DNA of 64,000 bases. Source: Tubiluchus corallicola. Its lineage: Eukaryota; Animalia; Priapulida. A program made the translations under genes and the position numbers. The stretch's first letter is position 1. Each line of letters opens with the position of its first letter. The DNA lies in NCBI GenBank assembly GCA_030141605.1, contig JAQGDQ010000077.1, positions 248,001 to 312,000 of the forward strand, in the 5' to 3' direction. The notes under the pieces were generated by a model. That model ran no database searches and was not told where the DNA came from. It saw nothing but the letters and a program-made list of their open reading frames with translations. Positions 38,121 through 51,504 of this stretch are shown here, piece after piece.

Positions 38121-38213
38121 ATGAGGAGCTTACGAAGTTTAGTTATTGTCACATTTTTTGCAACGATTCTTTGTTTATCATCGGTGCTAGCAACTGCATC
38201 GGCTTCCAGACAG
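38121..38213 (+). CDS. signal-peptide exon of neuropeptide precursor (MRSLRSLVIVTFFATILCLSSVLATASASRQ)
   Basis: caaaATG, basic n-region, hydrophobic core, small-residue cleavage region, CAG|gtaaca phase-0 donor; linkage to downstream exons is inferred. Confidence 0.75.
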
Positions 38214-41200
38214 GTAACAATATTAAACTCATTTGCGTTTTTACAGAGAAAACGTAGGCTTTCAGATAAAATTTTATTATAATTTAATAGGTATTTAAAA
38301 TGCATCAGCATTAAAATAGACAAATGCATTTTACATACATTAATTCTAACACATGAACAGTAACTATATAGATAAAACTAAAATCGTAATACATGTGTAT
38401 AAAAATCATTAGAAAACAACTCAAAAACCAGTACTTTAGGTCCATATTAAATTTTTAATTCGTTAAAAGGGCTTCTTTGTAAAGATAAGTTTTAAGAAAA
38501 TATTTCAAGTGTTCAACATTAGTCATTTTACGTGTATGAATTGGTAAATCGTTCCATAATTAGGGTGCTGCTGCGCAAAAACTAGGAGATGCATATGTGA
38601 CTTCATTATAACGCGGTACAACAAATGTCGATGAACTAATTGATCTAAGATTACGTTTGGGCACGTATGGCTTCAAGAAATCTCATATATAGGATCGTGC
38701 TAAACCATTAAGAGCTTTGATTGATATCAAGAGAATTTTTATTTTATTCTGAAAGAGACGGGCTACTGTGCAGTTGCATGAGAAAATGGGCGTTGCACCT
38801 GGAACAAAACTCAATAATATGTTTTCATAAATAGAATGCCCTAAAAAGAATCAGGTATTTAAAATAATGGTTAATTATCTAATGAATATTATATGGTTAC
38901 TGTTAGAATCACAGCAATTTAACGAATGTTAACAGGTTACTTATAATTAATTACTAAGGATAAGTTAAAATCAAACGCATCCATTTTCAGACAGTTTTTC
39001 TAGTTTTTGTTTACATGTGCCCATGTAGTTATTGAATTATTCTCAATGTATGATGTGATTTGCAGTGTATTAAAAATCCTCAACGATTAGAAAATAAAGA
39101 AGCTTCCATGTAAAAATACATATTATTTCTTTCTAAAAAAATTTTTGCCGTAATTATTTATCGTGATATTTTTTTATATTTACTAGCATTACTACTAAAC
39201 GATGGTGTTTGAATGTCGCGCTTCTGTTTAACTTTTTTGAATGTTTGGACAAAATCTGTTTAAACTATTTGTCGAATTGATTTTTTATACAGTTTGCAAA
39301 TCATTGCTTAGCGCTCGACGATAGGGCGATTAATAAAAATAGGGCATAGGACCGGAATCTACCTTCACTGTTAATCTTCTAGGATGAGACACTGAACCGG
39401 CAGGGGTGTGCTAGCCGCGTTCGATTTGATGTACAGTACAAGTACATCGTAGTTTAAGTTTTAACAAGGAAAGCGCCCAGGAGCTGTGTTTTGGCAGCCA
39501 CCAGACTATTTACTTGATGGTGCTTATGTTCCGCCGCAAAGCACACATCGTGACTGATTTTTTTATTCTGTGCTACTTGTCGTCCATTGGAGCCGGAAAT
39601 TTTAGATTTCTGTTACTTGTGTCATTGCCGCATTATGTAACTTATAATTATTTCCCATCTGTTGGTCACTTCGATATTTGTGACATAAAAAACACCTTCA
39701 AAACATTGAAAAATAATGAAAAATAAAACCTATACAAACTACATTTTACATTTACATATTTATATACTTGATGATATAAGTGAAAAATAATGCGAATTAT
39801 TGCCATATTATTAACTATATTATAGACATAATAAAAGCAGACTGGGATATTTATACAAAATATAAGTATACGACAAAAAACGACGAACGAGATGTTCAAG
39901 ACTGGGTGTACAAGACGGCCATGACTCGCCATTGTTATTGTGACGGTGTTTCTATATTCGGTGCCTTCTTGCTGGTGTTCACTGATCTGACCATTGACTT
40001 TTGAAACCTGTTGACTTGTACTTTAAGCTAATCGATTTGCTCAGCAAAAGGTTGTTTTGATAAATTTTAATAAATCATTAGATTTTAAAATTAATTTTAC
40101 AATTTTGCTGAAATGTACAAAATTTGCTGATTTTAGTCCAAATCCTGCTACGTAATAGTACGAACACATAGAGCGGAAACAGCAGCAAACATTTTGTAAT
40201 CAACCAAAGCAGAGTGGCAACAAAGAACATTATCATAAGTTGAAACTGAGATTAAAATTGGAGAATCTAAGTAATGTCAAAATAAAAAATGGTGGAAATT
40301 TATTTATTAAGTATTAAGTATTAATCTATACATACCACTTGAGTATTTCGCACTGATGCGGAATGGAAAATCGGTTTATGTTGTTTTCAATTCGCCCGTT
40401 TATCAGATCCGCATATCATGTCATAACTTCATAATGTGTATTTATGCATAATGAAACTATTCTAATTACGTCATCTGTTCACAAATAGCGTAGAGATCAT
40501 TTGCTTTAGTCATGTAAATTATATGCTGACCAAAATTAGGAGTTGATTATTTATTTACATGTTTATCGGTCAAACAGCGCAGGCGCGCTTTATTTTAACT
40601 GAAATAGAACGAAAACAATGTGCAAATGCTGAAGAAAAACATTCACACTTTTGCAAATGCACTAATTTTCGTACTGGTTGTTGTTGGCGTAATTAGTCTG
40701 AGTGAAAGTTTCTTTGGGCACTGAACGCTGTCAACTTTTCCCGCATAAGTTCAATGTCTATCATGGTGGCACAATATTTTTGGCTAGCTGTTTAAAATGA
40801 AGCCTATGGCTAGCCAACTTTTCTTAAAAGTGTGTGAGTGTGTGTACGTGTGTGGATGTATGCCTACAGTTTGTGCACGCATATTGATTATACCTTTACA
40901 ATTACTGAATATGGGCCAACTAAAGCATTAGTTGGAGACCTTATAAAAATAAAAATAAAATGTATGAGTTATAGTTTTATTTGCTAGAAAAATAAAGTTC
41001 TTTGCAAAAAAATTGCTAGCAGTTTTTATCTGACAGGCAAGCCAAATGGTGAAACAACTAGTCTCGAGTGCGAACCATTGGTTATTCGCTTATTGAGTTT
41101 TCCTGTCCAACTGCCTGGAAATGTTGTTTAAAGCATCATTTAGCGTTACCGTGGAATCCGCTTCGTGAATATATTAATTATAACACCATTTAGCAGTGCC

Positions 41201-42909
41201 GTAGAATCGGCTTTATCGTAAAAATTTGAAACTCAAAGTTATTCTATTGTGATGTCACAATATAAAAAAATTGGCCATGAACAATGAGAACCAGAACGAA
41301 ACTAACTTCACGGCGAAACTAACTGTTTATATAGTTACGTAGCAAGCGAATAACCCAAAATGAAGAACAATATCTCTCTCTGTGCACTAAATCTATACAA
41401 TTATATGGTATTGCTTTTGAACCATAGTCTCACAATGATCAGAAACATTTGTATTTTAAAAACACGAATAATATTTGTGAAACACTCAATTGCACAATGC
41501 ATGCTAATGAGTGTTAAAACCACAGAAAATTACATATTCAAAAATCAATTTGTAGTCGAAATGTCAAAATTTGATGATTAACGCCGTAAGGATTTTGTTT
41601 GAGTTTGATAAAAGATCTGGTAGATTAGCTTACTAATCAAGGACAGATTTTTAAATAGGATGTAACCGAGCATTTCCCAAAAAAGGCTATTATCTGTCTA
41701 ACAAGGAAATGGACAATAATATTGTAGGCAAAAGCTTACTGCACCCTTTTGATGAGCATCATACTGTTACCGATTGATGTATGAATGGCCGCGATACATA
41801 ACACTTTCTGAAGTGCCAAAGTACCTTTTAGCGTATTAATGCCTGGAAGTATTACAGTTTTACACCGTGTGCATGCTGTCTACCACAATTCTCGTAAAAA
41901 TCACACATAAGCAATTGCTCAAGGTTATTTAATGATTTTGACATATTTTGCATTTTTATTTTCAAAATAGTAGTTGAATTGAAAATTTTTGTCTTTTTGA
42001 AAGTGATTAGCGAAATACAGGGTAGTACATCACCTTTTGCTAGTGGTACAAGAAAACAACAACTAACAGTACAGAACAGTATATTATGTCAAAGTATTGC
42101 TAAATCAATAGAGAATTTGTCATGCCCTCAATATGTAGTGAGAAAGCCTCGTGCGATATGTCTTGAGAGATATGATTGGGGCAACTCGAAATCGAACTCA
42201 AGATCCTCTAACACAATTTGCTGATGCGTGACAAGCCTATAGGTTACTGATCATGATCAATGGCATGTTCTTGGATCATCTTAGCCTTCACTCGGTCTTT
42301 CAGGATGTGCTTGGTGGGTTGAAGTTGGATGAATTTCCATACCATTCAGTTCAAAATTTACACAAGTAGTTAGTATTACAGTATTTTGTGGGCGTCTTTA
42401 CAACTGTTCAATTTGCTCGTGTCTTTAAATTAGCGTTTTAACACTAGGGCTATATCTTACTTCTTTTCAAACCACTTGTTTCACAACAAAAAATTTGCGA
42501 TGATCCATATAGAGAAGTAATGTAGACTGAACGAACTATTATTTGACGATTGTAATGTTTGCTTTCTCATGATGCAAAAATTTACATTATTTTTTCTCAT
42601 TCTTGTCAATCTTAATTTTATGTTGGGGTCTTATTCAACTTTTGTCTATTTGTGCGCTGCCAATAACTTTAGTTTGCTTCATTTAACGAGTTTCTGATGC
42701 TTGTGTCTTTATTTGAAAGCAAGTGTGTCTGGTTTTCTTTAGTTTTCGCTTGCAATGCTAAAATCATGAAATGACGACTTATGATTGTGTTTCTAACACG
42801 TGAACAATTTACTGTAATCACCTCAGAATGATGCGTAGAACATGAACTATTTTTGCTTACGTTTCCTGAGATAATAAAACAGCGTTTTGTTCTTTGTTTC
42901 TTTCTTTCT

Positions 42910-42932
42910 TTCGTCTCGTCTCGTCTCGTCTC

Positions 42933-43030
<98 letters not shown>

Positions 43031-43255
43031 TCTCACTCTGTCCGCCGGCCTGCCTGCTTGCCTACCTGTCTTTCTGTTTACCTACCTACTTAAATACTTA
43101 CCTACTTACTTATCTGCCTACGTACCTACCAATCACACGACTTTCCTACCTTCTTACTTGCTTACAAACCCACCTACTCAATCTCCTACTCATTTAATCA
43201 AGCAACTACTCAACGACCTATCTACCTACTACCCACCTACCTACCGACCTAACCA
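42910..43255. repeat. (TCGTC)n + (TC)n + degenerate (CTAC)n compound microsatellite
   Basis: direct reading. Confidence 0.93.
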
Positions 43256-43984
43256 ATAATAAATATAAAGGGCTCTTAACACCAGTTAATTTAGACATTT
43301 AATTACGCAATTGACAAGTTTCCAAGGAAAATGGGAGTTAATAAATAACGATTACTGTTTTAACTAAACAAGAAGTTTACTTGTCTTGTCGAAGACCAAC
43401 ATGCCTCACAGTTTGGCCTGTTAAACTTAAGTTGTTAACAATTGCTGAAAGTCTTCCTTTGCTTACTTCCCTGTATTTGAAATTGTCTTCAAAGATCAGT
43501 CTTCACAAAATTGCAAAATTGAGATCCAACAAACCACTGTTCTTGTTGGTAATTTTGCTATTCAAGATCACAGGTTTCAGACTCCCCTGGACATTAGATT
43601 TCATATTATTCGTCGTAATTTCGCATCATCCGCAGATGGGTGTACGACTGCTGGCTTACAGCCAGCCGACTGCAAAGATATTCGCTATCTGATTTTTCTG
43701 TTACCAACGGGATGCTAGTCAATAATAGATCAAATGATGATCGCGCTAAAAGACTGAATTGCTAAATTTTCTGTTTCGTAAGGTAAGAGTTATAAAAGTT
43801 GTACTATCTCCTTTGACTGCACACTAGCCTCTGCTCGTGAACATTGCTTTATTTGTGGAATGATATACGCACAGATTTTGCCTTGTAGTCTTGGCATGTG
43901 CAAGGAATGTTGCTGTTACCTCGCATAACCTGTAGCTGTTTCACCTGCTGATTTTTCACTCGCATGTGCTTGAGCATAGGTTTT

Positions 43985-44270
43985 CATTGTCATCATGCCA
44001 CCACCATGATTGACTGTCATTATCATAATCATCGTCGACGTCGTTATCATCTTTATTATGATTATGATCATCCTAGTCACTAACCACAATCAAGAGCATC
44101 ACCACTACCACCATTATCTTGATCGTTGTCGTGTCCACCCTCTTCCTTCTCCTCCTCCTCTCTTCATCGTCATCATCATCAACATCATCATCATCATCAT
44201 CATTATCATCATCACCATCATAATCATCTTCAACTTCATAGCTGTCATTATCATCATCATCATCATCCCA
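43985..44270. repeat. degenerate (CAT)n tract
   Basis: direct reading. Confidence 0.85.
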
Positions 44271-46537
44271 GTTATTTAGTTTGGTCCTTTTTCCAATATG
44301 GTGTTAACGACCTATTTAAGAAAACGCAGTTGAATAAAAACTCTTTCTTACCATTCAAAACTTTGCATATACAATAACAAACACATAGTGAGTTTCTATA
44401 ATGAAGTTTTAGACACAGTAGAAGTAGCATTGCATGTAGGCCTATATGATAAACTAAATCTCACGGACAAGGATGGTCGGTCATTATACTTTTGCCTGCG
44501 GGTTTACTAAGAAACGTTTCAACTTACTAAGCCTTGAAATTTTATGCAAACAACCGACGTACTGTATTTTTCGTATAGTTTCCGCAGGCTTACAAATTTG
44601 TTTTCCGAGGAAATCATGCAAGTACTTCGCCATTTAACTCATTGACGCATGGTTTCATATCCGCTGATGATGTATGCATTATTTCGATTTCCGTATAACG
44701 AACGATCGACGAGCAAAACTTTAAACACACTTTCGTGGTTGACAAAGTAAACGCATTATTAACTGGGATTAAACCGGAAAAGCTGTAATTTAAGTTGGTT
44801 CTATGTTACACTGTTGTTGCATTAATGTTTGGCGTCTTCATCTAGCCACTAGAAAGGCAGGATAGTCTGATAAATGAATAAGTTTGTTTACGGCTGATTA
44901 AATGTTCCGAAGCAATGTCTACCACGCGACCTATTAGAAGCGCATAAAAAAGCATTATTATAAGATAGAAAAGAGCTGCAATCTGGTGCCTCATATCTGT
45001 ATCACAGCTTTCGTTTTTTATTATAGCACAAATAACAAAATTATAGTTTTTTCGTTTTTTAGCGAAAAGAGCACAACACGCTATAACTTTTTCGTCTACA
45101 ATAACTTGTCGCTGTAATAAAAATACCAGGATTCATGCTAACTAAAAATATAAATATTTAACTGGCTAATGTTTTTATACAGAACAAATATGCTTTTAAA
45201 ATTCATTAATTACTGTGGCTATTTATTGATAAAAACTAAAAAGATCTTTTTAAACAACCAACTTTCTGAAAAGCTCTGAGTGGTGTTAACGGTGGGTAGA
45301 AAGGAAATTGCAATATTTGCTTTTATTTGCCCAGATTGCCATCTTGTAGACCCTGCGTAGTGACAGTTTTCGAAATCATTGTACAGCCTAGACATGGCAC
45401 TATTTGAGCACTGACACGCGCTTAACACTAGTCATGCGGGTATTCGGTATTTGTTAAATCGTTTGTGTGCCATAGTTACACAGTTTTAAATGAGATAATT
45501 TCGCCAATTTTGTTCAAGGCTAACAAATGAACTGTAAAGGCTTCATTTTAAACTACATTTACGAGCTTGCTTACCTCGTCAATTAAAGGCAGTTAAATAA
45601 AAACAAATCGTTAACAATTTGTAGAAATGTTAGTATGACTTGAGTTGAACATGTGTCGTAGCTCTTACACTGTAGTATAACCTCCTCCCCGTGCATCATT
45701 ACAACTAATTTGGCTTCACTTTTAGTTGCATGGTTAACTCCTAATATAATCATTTTGGTAGTACAGTTTACACAATACACAAGCCCAAAATCATGTTATT
45801 TACTTTGCGCATTATAACTACTAACTGGTGCATTACCGGTGGTTATTCTTTTGGAAGAAAGTTATCGCAAATTTCAATTAACTTTCATTTATTATTTTTC
45901 CATAATGTAAGCAATTGCATGTAATGTAATGTAATCATTACATGTCATGTTTGCATTTGGACCAGTTATGTAATAATTCTATATCTGTATATGATCGCGA
46001 TAGAAACTGCAATATTATTATTCCATCTGGCCTATATAAAAAACGAAGGCCTGTATTTCAGTGCATATAAGATCTTACGATCAAATGAAATTGACAAAAA
46101 TAGTTGTATTTGTAACGTGTGCGCATTTCAGGTGAGAAAAAATTCAGTGGCAGAATAAGTTAACCTATATTTTTTGGCCAACAGTCAACGAAATCATCGA
46201 AGGATAATTTCTTTTAACGCCAACGACAGTGTGGCAGGAAGAATACAATTTCTTTTCTTACAAACCCGTTTACTATGATTGTCGGCACCTTATACTTTTT
46301 TCACTCTGAAACGTACGCACGAGAACGCCCATAGCAAAAAAGATTCTGAGTATTACAAGTTTACCAGCTTATTTGTCAATATTGTTGTTCTTGACAACGC
46401 ATCTACATCGTTTGCGATAACTTGTTAATCTTCTTTAACCTTTACCTTAAAAAATTCATAGTTACTGCGTAAATATTTTGCGTTTGTCTTCACACAAGTC
46501 ACGATGTAACTTAAAAAATATTTTAACTACGTTTCAG

Positions 46538-46729
46538 GGTGAAGACAGGTGGAGACTAGCTCAAAAGCTTATTCAACGGGTATTCGATAGAACATTACTA
46601 GACGCCATAGCTCTGCGTCGGAATCGGATGGATTTTCTCCCAGAGAAACGGGATGACGATTATTACAGAAAATGCTCGATTAATCCAATCACTTGCTTTG
46701 GTAAACGGAAAAGATTCTCTCTGGATTAG
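46538..46729 (+). CDS. AstC: terminal exon A of allatostatin-C/somatostatin-family precursor; predicted peptide DDDYYRKCSINPITCF-amide
   Basis: tttcag acceptor, phase 0; KR|DDDYYRKCSINPITCF|G-KRKR; C-x6-C-F ring as in insect AstC (CYFNPISCF). Confidence 0.88.
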   Translation, partial: GEDRWRLAQKLIQRVFDRTLLDAIALRRNRMDFLPEKRDDDYYRKCSINPITCFGKRKRFSLD

Positions 46730-49700
46730 TCAGCTGACGTTCTCCGAGTTAGACATGAAAAAACTTGCCACATCATTTCACTTCCATTGGGCGATAAGCG
46801 TAAAGATTAGAAAAAATTTGTTTTTAGCTTAAAATTTTGTAATGTAGCATTTACAGCATGTAAAACTATTCAATCATAACTTCATTAGTATTCGTTTTTT
46901 TGTTCAATATAAATAATTCATGCCAAAAATGGAATCTTGTGAATGTGAAGCAAGTGCGAGAAATTTGATGTGTAGTTCAGTGATTTTTTGTATTTCCTGG
47001 CAAATTTCTATTTATACTCATAACGGAAACTTGTAACTGAGACTTACTTTAACAAGCGGAGCCAATTTTTTTCTACCCCACGCCAATTCAGTCTTAATTC
47101 CATTTAAGGAAGTAGAATTCATTACTAGCTGGTGTGGCTGTTGTCACATGCTCACAGTGTCTCAGACAACATTATTAAGAGACCTGTGTCGTAATTTTAT
47201 AGGACAGATAAAAATTTGAATGTCATTTGTTATTTTTTGGCAAGACTGGTAAAAATAAAACAGCAAACATAAAAGTAGTTATTCACACGATTTATCTATA
47301 GGTGTGCTTTGAACTCGACTTCACGTGATGAGATTGGTGGCCTGTGTGATCCTTGTCCAAAAGGACGAAATTTTAGCTCTGCCTATAGTTAGGAAATGTA
47401 AAGTGCTGGTCCAAATGATCTAACCCAATTCCAAATTTCCCAATATCTCTTCTTATAATTTAAAAATTTATAAATGCTGCCAGTGCTTCAGTAGCCGTCA
47501 CTTCTGCATGTTATGTGTAGCCGTCGCTTCTGCATGTTATGTAGCAAAATACAAATATAAAATTCTCCATGTAAATAACGTAACAACAGTGCATCTACTC
47601 AGGCTTGCTCGCTTAGTTCTGTTCGGTAAAATTTTGTCCTATATTTCTATTGGACTGATGGTTGAAAAGAAACTGCCTGATATTAGCATCACGTTTCTAC
47701 ATCTGAAGCTCAACATTTGAGCTATCAATTTATCACTTGTTGGCAAATAATAGTAATGATACCACAAATAATGGTAATGACGTAACACATCTATAGAAAC
47801 CTAGCACTTTTTATTAGATTATATGGCCTTCAAAGGCGTCCTATAATATGCTTACAGCACACAGTCTTACCAACTAATTACAGAATCATGTTTCTTGCCT
47901 TGTACAGTATCTCTCTTTTATATTCTTATTTATTTCAGCTAAAACAATTTATTGCACAACGCCTACAGTCTACACCCACTGGGAATTTTAGCCAATAATA
48001 ACTTTGTGTTAATCACTTTCCGTGAAACCTTTGAATGACTAAGTTATTGTTATTGTAAAGAGTGCAACAAAACCTTCTTTAATTTAGGAGAATTTGGTTT
48101 ATTCAACAGGAAACATCTTTATTTTTTATGCAAACTATATCATGTTGTATAAGCTTTTTTATGTAAACTTGTTTTAGTTTGTTTCATTTTGAATGAAATT
48201 TAGTAGATTCTTTTGAAATAACACAATTATTATGAAAAACCTATGTATATAAGCTGCTCAGAAAAACAATGTATTGTAAATTAGGTAAATGATTTAGCAG
48301 GTATATTAGCATTTTTATTAAACAAAGTTATAGCTTGAGCAATGCGCTCATGATACCACACGTAACGTTAGTCTAAATATTATAATTTTGCAATAATAGA
48401 ACTGTATTCATTTGCGTTCACTGTAGTCAATAATCGTTTTTGAAATAGTTATGTTTACATTGGCAACACTACGCCATTCTTCAACAAGATAAGTAAAACT
48501 ATGTATTTTGTGTTAAACCTTTTCCAAAAGTCGGCTTCCGCTCGTCTTGGTTTAAATTTAACAAATTATCAAAAACTTGTATTTTTACTTTGTTCGTCGT
48601 ATTTGAGTGTATTCAAGTGTGTGTGTGTGTGTGTGCAGATTTTTTTATTTGTGACAGAGAGACAAAAATAACAAAATCTACATTTGGTTACTTGTTTTGT
48701 TTTAATTTGGCTCCACGCGTCGGTAAGAACATTATAACAAAGGGCGTTTTTCCGAAATATTTGATTTTGCAGATCTTGAATTTACTCTTAGTGTGTGACC
48801 ATTTACCGTCCGCAGTGCGGAGCGATATTTAGGAAACTGCAGACAGACAACTTTGATAGATTAATATTTCTCACAACTAGATTACCAAATATTCTCCGGA
48901 GAAGATTCGGGTTTAATCGCTCTAAATTAATTAAATCTTCGAAAATGATAAATTGCTAGCTACCAAATTTATTCCATGAGACTCAAGTACTTCTATGTCC
49001 CATGACTTTACTTGGTTGAAATCTGTTACCATTGATGAAAGCTTTCGTGTTAAAAACATTAACAAGAAAAACATTAGAAGCAATGAAAAATTGTTATACT
49101 GTCCATTGTATAAGAGAGTTATGTCTCAAAAGTTATATTATAACTACTGGAGATTTACTACTACTACTATAACAAAAGATTAGAGACATAACATGAACAA
49201 GACTTCGCGTGATCTCTCTCATGTTTCTTAGCGTCATGTAAAACTCACAAGGCGAATAATTTTAATGCATAATCTAAGGGCTCGAGCCGCGCAACTAAAA
49301 GATACTAATTTTCTCTTAATGCGATGTTGTCCCAATGGAACACTCATATTTACGCGGTGCACGCGCAAAATTGCTTCGTCGCGGTGTGCTGTTATATGAG
49401 CACTTAAATGGCTATGGGCTTAAATAAGCTTTCTAAACATTAAAGACTACCCTTTGCTTCAGGCCTTCTATTCAGCTGTTGTTATTATATAGGCTGCTAG
49501 TAATGTGGTCTATACTATGCTAGGCCCTGATGACAAAAGTGTCTTAGTGACAACCTAATAACAACGAGGAATAATCAGGGGTGGTACAACAATTCGGTCA
49601 CTGGAGCCGAGTGTGGTTGTATTTCGACGACTAACTGAATTTGAAATAATGCTTTGAACCTCCATCATTGAATACCATCTGATAAAGCCTCGGTTCCCCA

Positions 49701-50429
49701 GTTACTTTTCTACTAGGTATTTTATTGTAAAAGCAACTTTGTAAAGAAATCCTGCCGTAAAAGTTTTTGCTCGTTAATGTTTTTATATTTCGTTTTGGAT
49801 GTAGTTTGTATTTAAATGATTTGTTTGCGTTCTTTCAGTTAATGACTTCAAACTGAGATACGTACTTATGCTTCCCATCAGCAAAAAGACGTAAATCGAA
49901 ATCAGTAATAGGAGGTAGCTCAGTAATGTAGATAAGAAAAAGCAGTGGTACTACTATTATACTACTCGAATTTTCGATTTACATGTATGAGATATACCGT
50001 TTTCAGTTGACTGCTAAAATGATGTAGTAATGACAGCCTGGTCTAACTGTTTTATATTTCAGATCTCGGGCGTGCTTGGTTTACGAATAACAGGGCAGCA
50101 GGTATTTTATTTGAGACGGTAGTTTGGGTATATACATGCTGAATCAAGGGACGTCTCTCAGCTCATATCGGCTGGTTTAAGCGTTTCTTTTCTACCTTAT
50201 GAAATGTTGTCACTTCTGAATAAAGCTCTCTGCCACTTCTAAAGCAGATTGTTCAAAGATTGTCCAATAAGCAACGAGGTGCAAGCCGTTTCTGCAAGGT
50301 CTGAACCTTTGCATGTACCGTTGCTACATTACCATCAGGGAATAGTAACATATAGTCGTGTTGGTTATGTCAAAGAAGTAGCAGCCTTTTATCAAGTTGT
50401 ACACTGTTTCAAATTCAATTGCAGAACGA

Positions 50430-50545
50430 TTATAACAATAACGGCGGCAGTGGCGCCAGTAGCAGTAACAGCAATAACCATGACAAAAACAACAACAGCA
50501 ATAAACAACAACAACAACAACAGCAACAACAAAAACAACAACAAG
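50430..50545. repeat. degenerate (AAC/AGC)n tract
   Basis: direct reading. Confidence 0.8.
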
Positions 50546-50620
50546 AGAGCGTTTTTAAATATTGTGTAAGCAGCAGCTGTACAATATGTACCTTTAATGT
50601 GTTTAGCTTTACACATTTAG

Positions 50621-50638
50621 CTGGATGGCTTCGATCAG
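50621..50638 (+). CDS. candidate 18-nt microexon (LDGFDQ) of precursor B
   Basis: catttag acceptor, CAG|gtaagc donor, phase 0-0, 0.7 kb upstream of exon B. Confidence 0.4.
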
Positions 50639-51339
50639 GTAAGCCGTAGAAACCAAGATGCGCACTAAGACTTTACGGATAATATTTCAAAATATAAAAA
50701 AAAATTAAGGCAATTGCAGACACTGTTATGCGAATGTCATTAAAGACTATCCAAAACGATTTCCTTTAAAATGTCAAAATAAATAACGCTAATTTTGGCA
50801 AAATGATTTGGCTAATTATAATGGGGGTATACTAGATCGAGAGCTCTTAGTCCACAATTTGTGGCTTTGCTCTAAAACTAAAAGAGCAATAAAAGGCTTA
50901 GAACAGAATTTTTCAGTTGCGCTCCGATTTTAAGCGTTTTAAAATTCACAAAATGCTTAAATGAGACCTCACAAATTTTGCTCCGTTTAATTATATAGTA
51001 CAATCGTTACGTGGGCATAGCTTTGATATAGAGAACACATTTGTGAACACACGATATTTATTTGCTGTGCAGTGTTAGTTTCTGTATTGTTAAGGCATTA
51101 AATCGAAGAACCTTTTACGCGTTTTACAGTAACTATTATAATGAAAGATAAAGAATAATGGAAATGCAAAATGCACGTAAAAGTTTAATTAAGTTTATTA
51201 ATGTTATCAAAGTATTGCAATTAAGTGTGCGAGTAAAGGATGCTATGTAAGCATATCTTCGATACATTTTAATTGCACCAGAACGCGAATGCCACTTATA
51301 TACATAATAATTATAAATTCACTAAAACTTTTTTGCTAG

Positions 51340-51504
51340 GAACTGAATCCTGACACTTCATCGATTCTTAACGAGCTGGCCAATAGAATAGCCGAAGAGT
51401 CTTTTCGCGATCCGGACCAGGACCTCATACTGGCGGTGAAAAGAGAAAATTACAGGAAGTGTTTCGTCAATCCCATTTCGTGTTTCGGCAAGCGTCGAAA
51501 GTAA
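51340..51504 (+). CDS. AstC: terminal exon B of allatostatin-C/somatostatin-family precursor; predicted peptide ENYRKCFVNPISCF-amide
   Basis: ttttttgctag acceptor, phase 0; ELNPDTSS...VKR|ENYRKCFVNPISCF|G-KRRK*; AATAAA at 51909; missed by the ORF track. Confidence 0.9.
   Translation, partial: ELNPDTSSILNELANRIAEESFRDPDQDLILAVKRENYRKCFVNPISCFGKRRK

Noticed and set aside
46033-46131. TATATAAA + Inr-like TCAGT + MKLTKIVVFVTCAHF + ag|gtgaga as a private first exon for peptide exon A
   Set aside because: Phase 2 does not fit the phase-0 acceptor at 46538. Using a downstream AG (46549) gives a poor signal peptide with no clear cleavage site. Kept only as a weak alternative.
48676-48722. Hydrophobic stretch ending at a gtaaga donor, as a signal exon for peptide B
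   Set aside because: In-frame stop upstream and no ATG in the phase-0 frame
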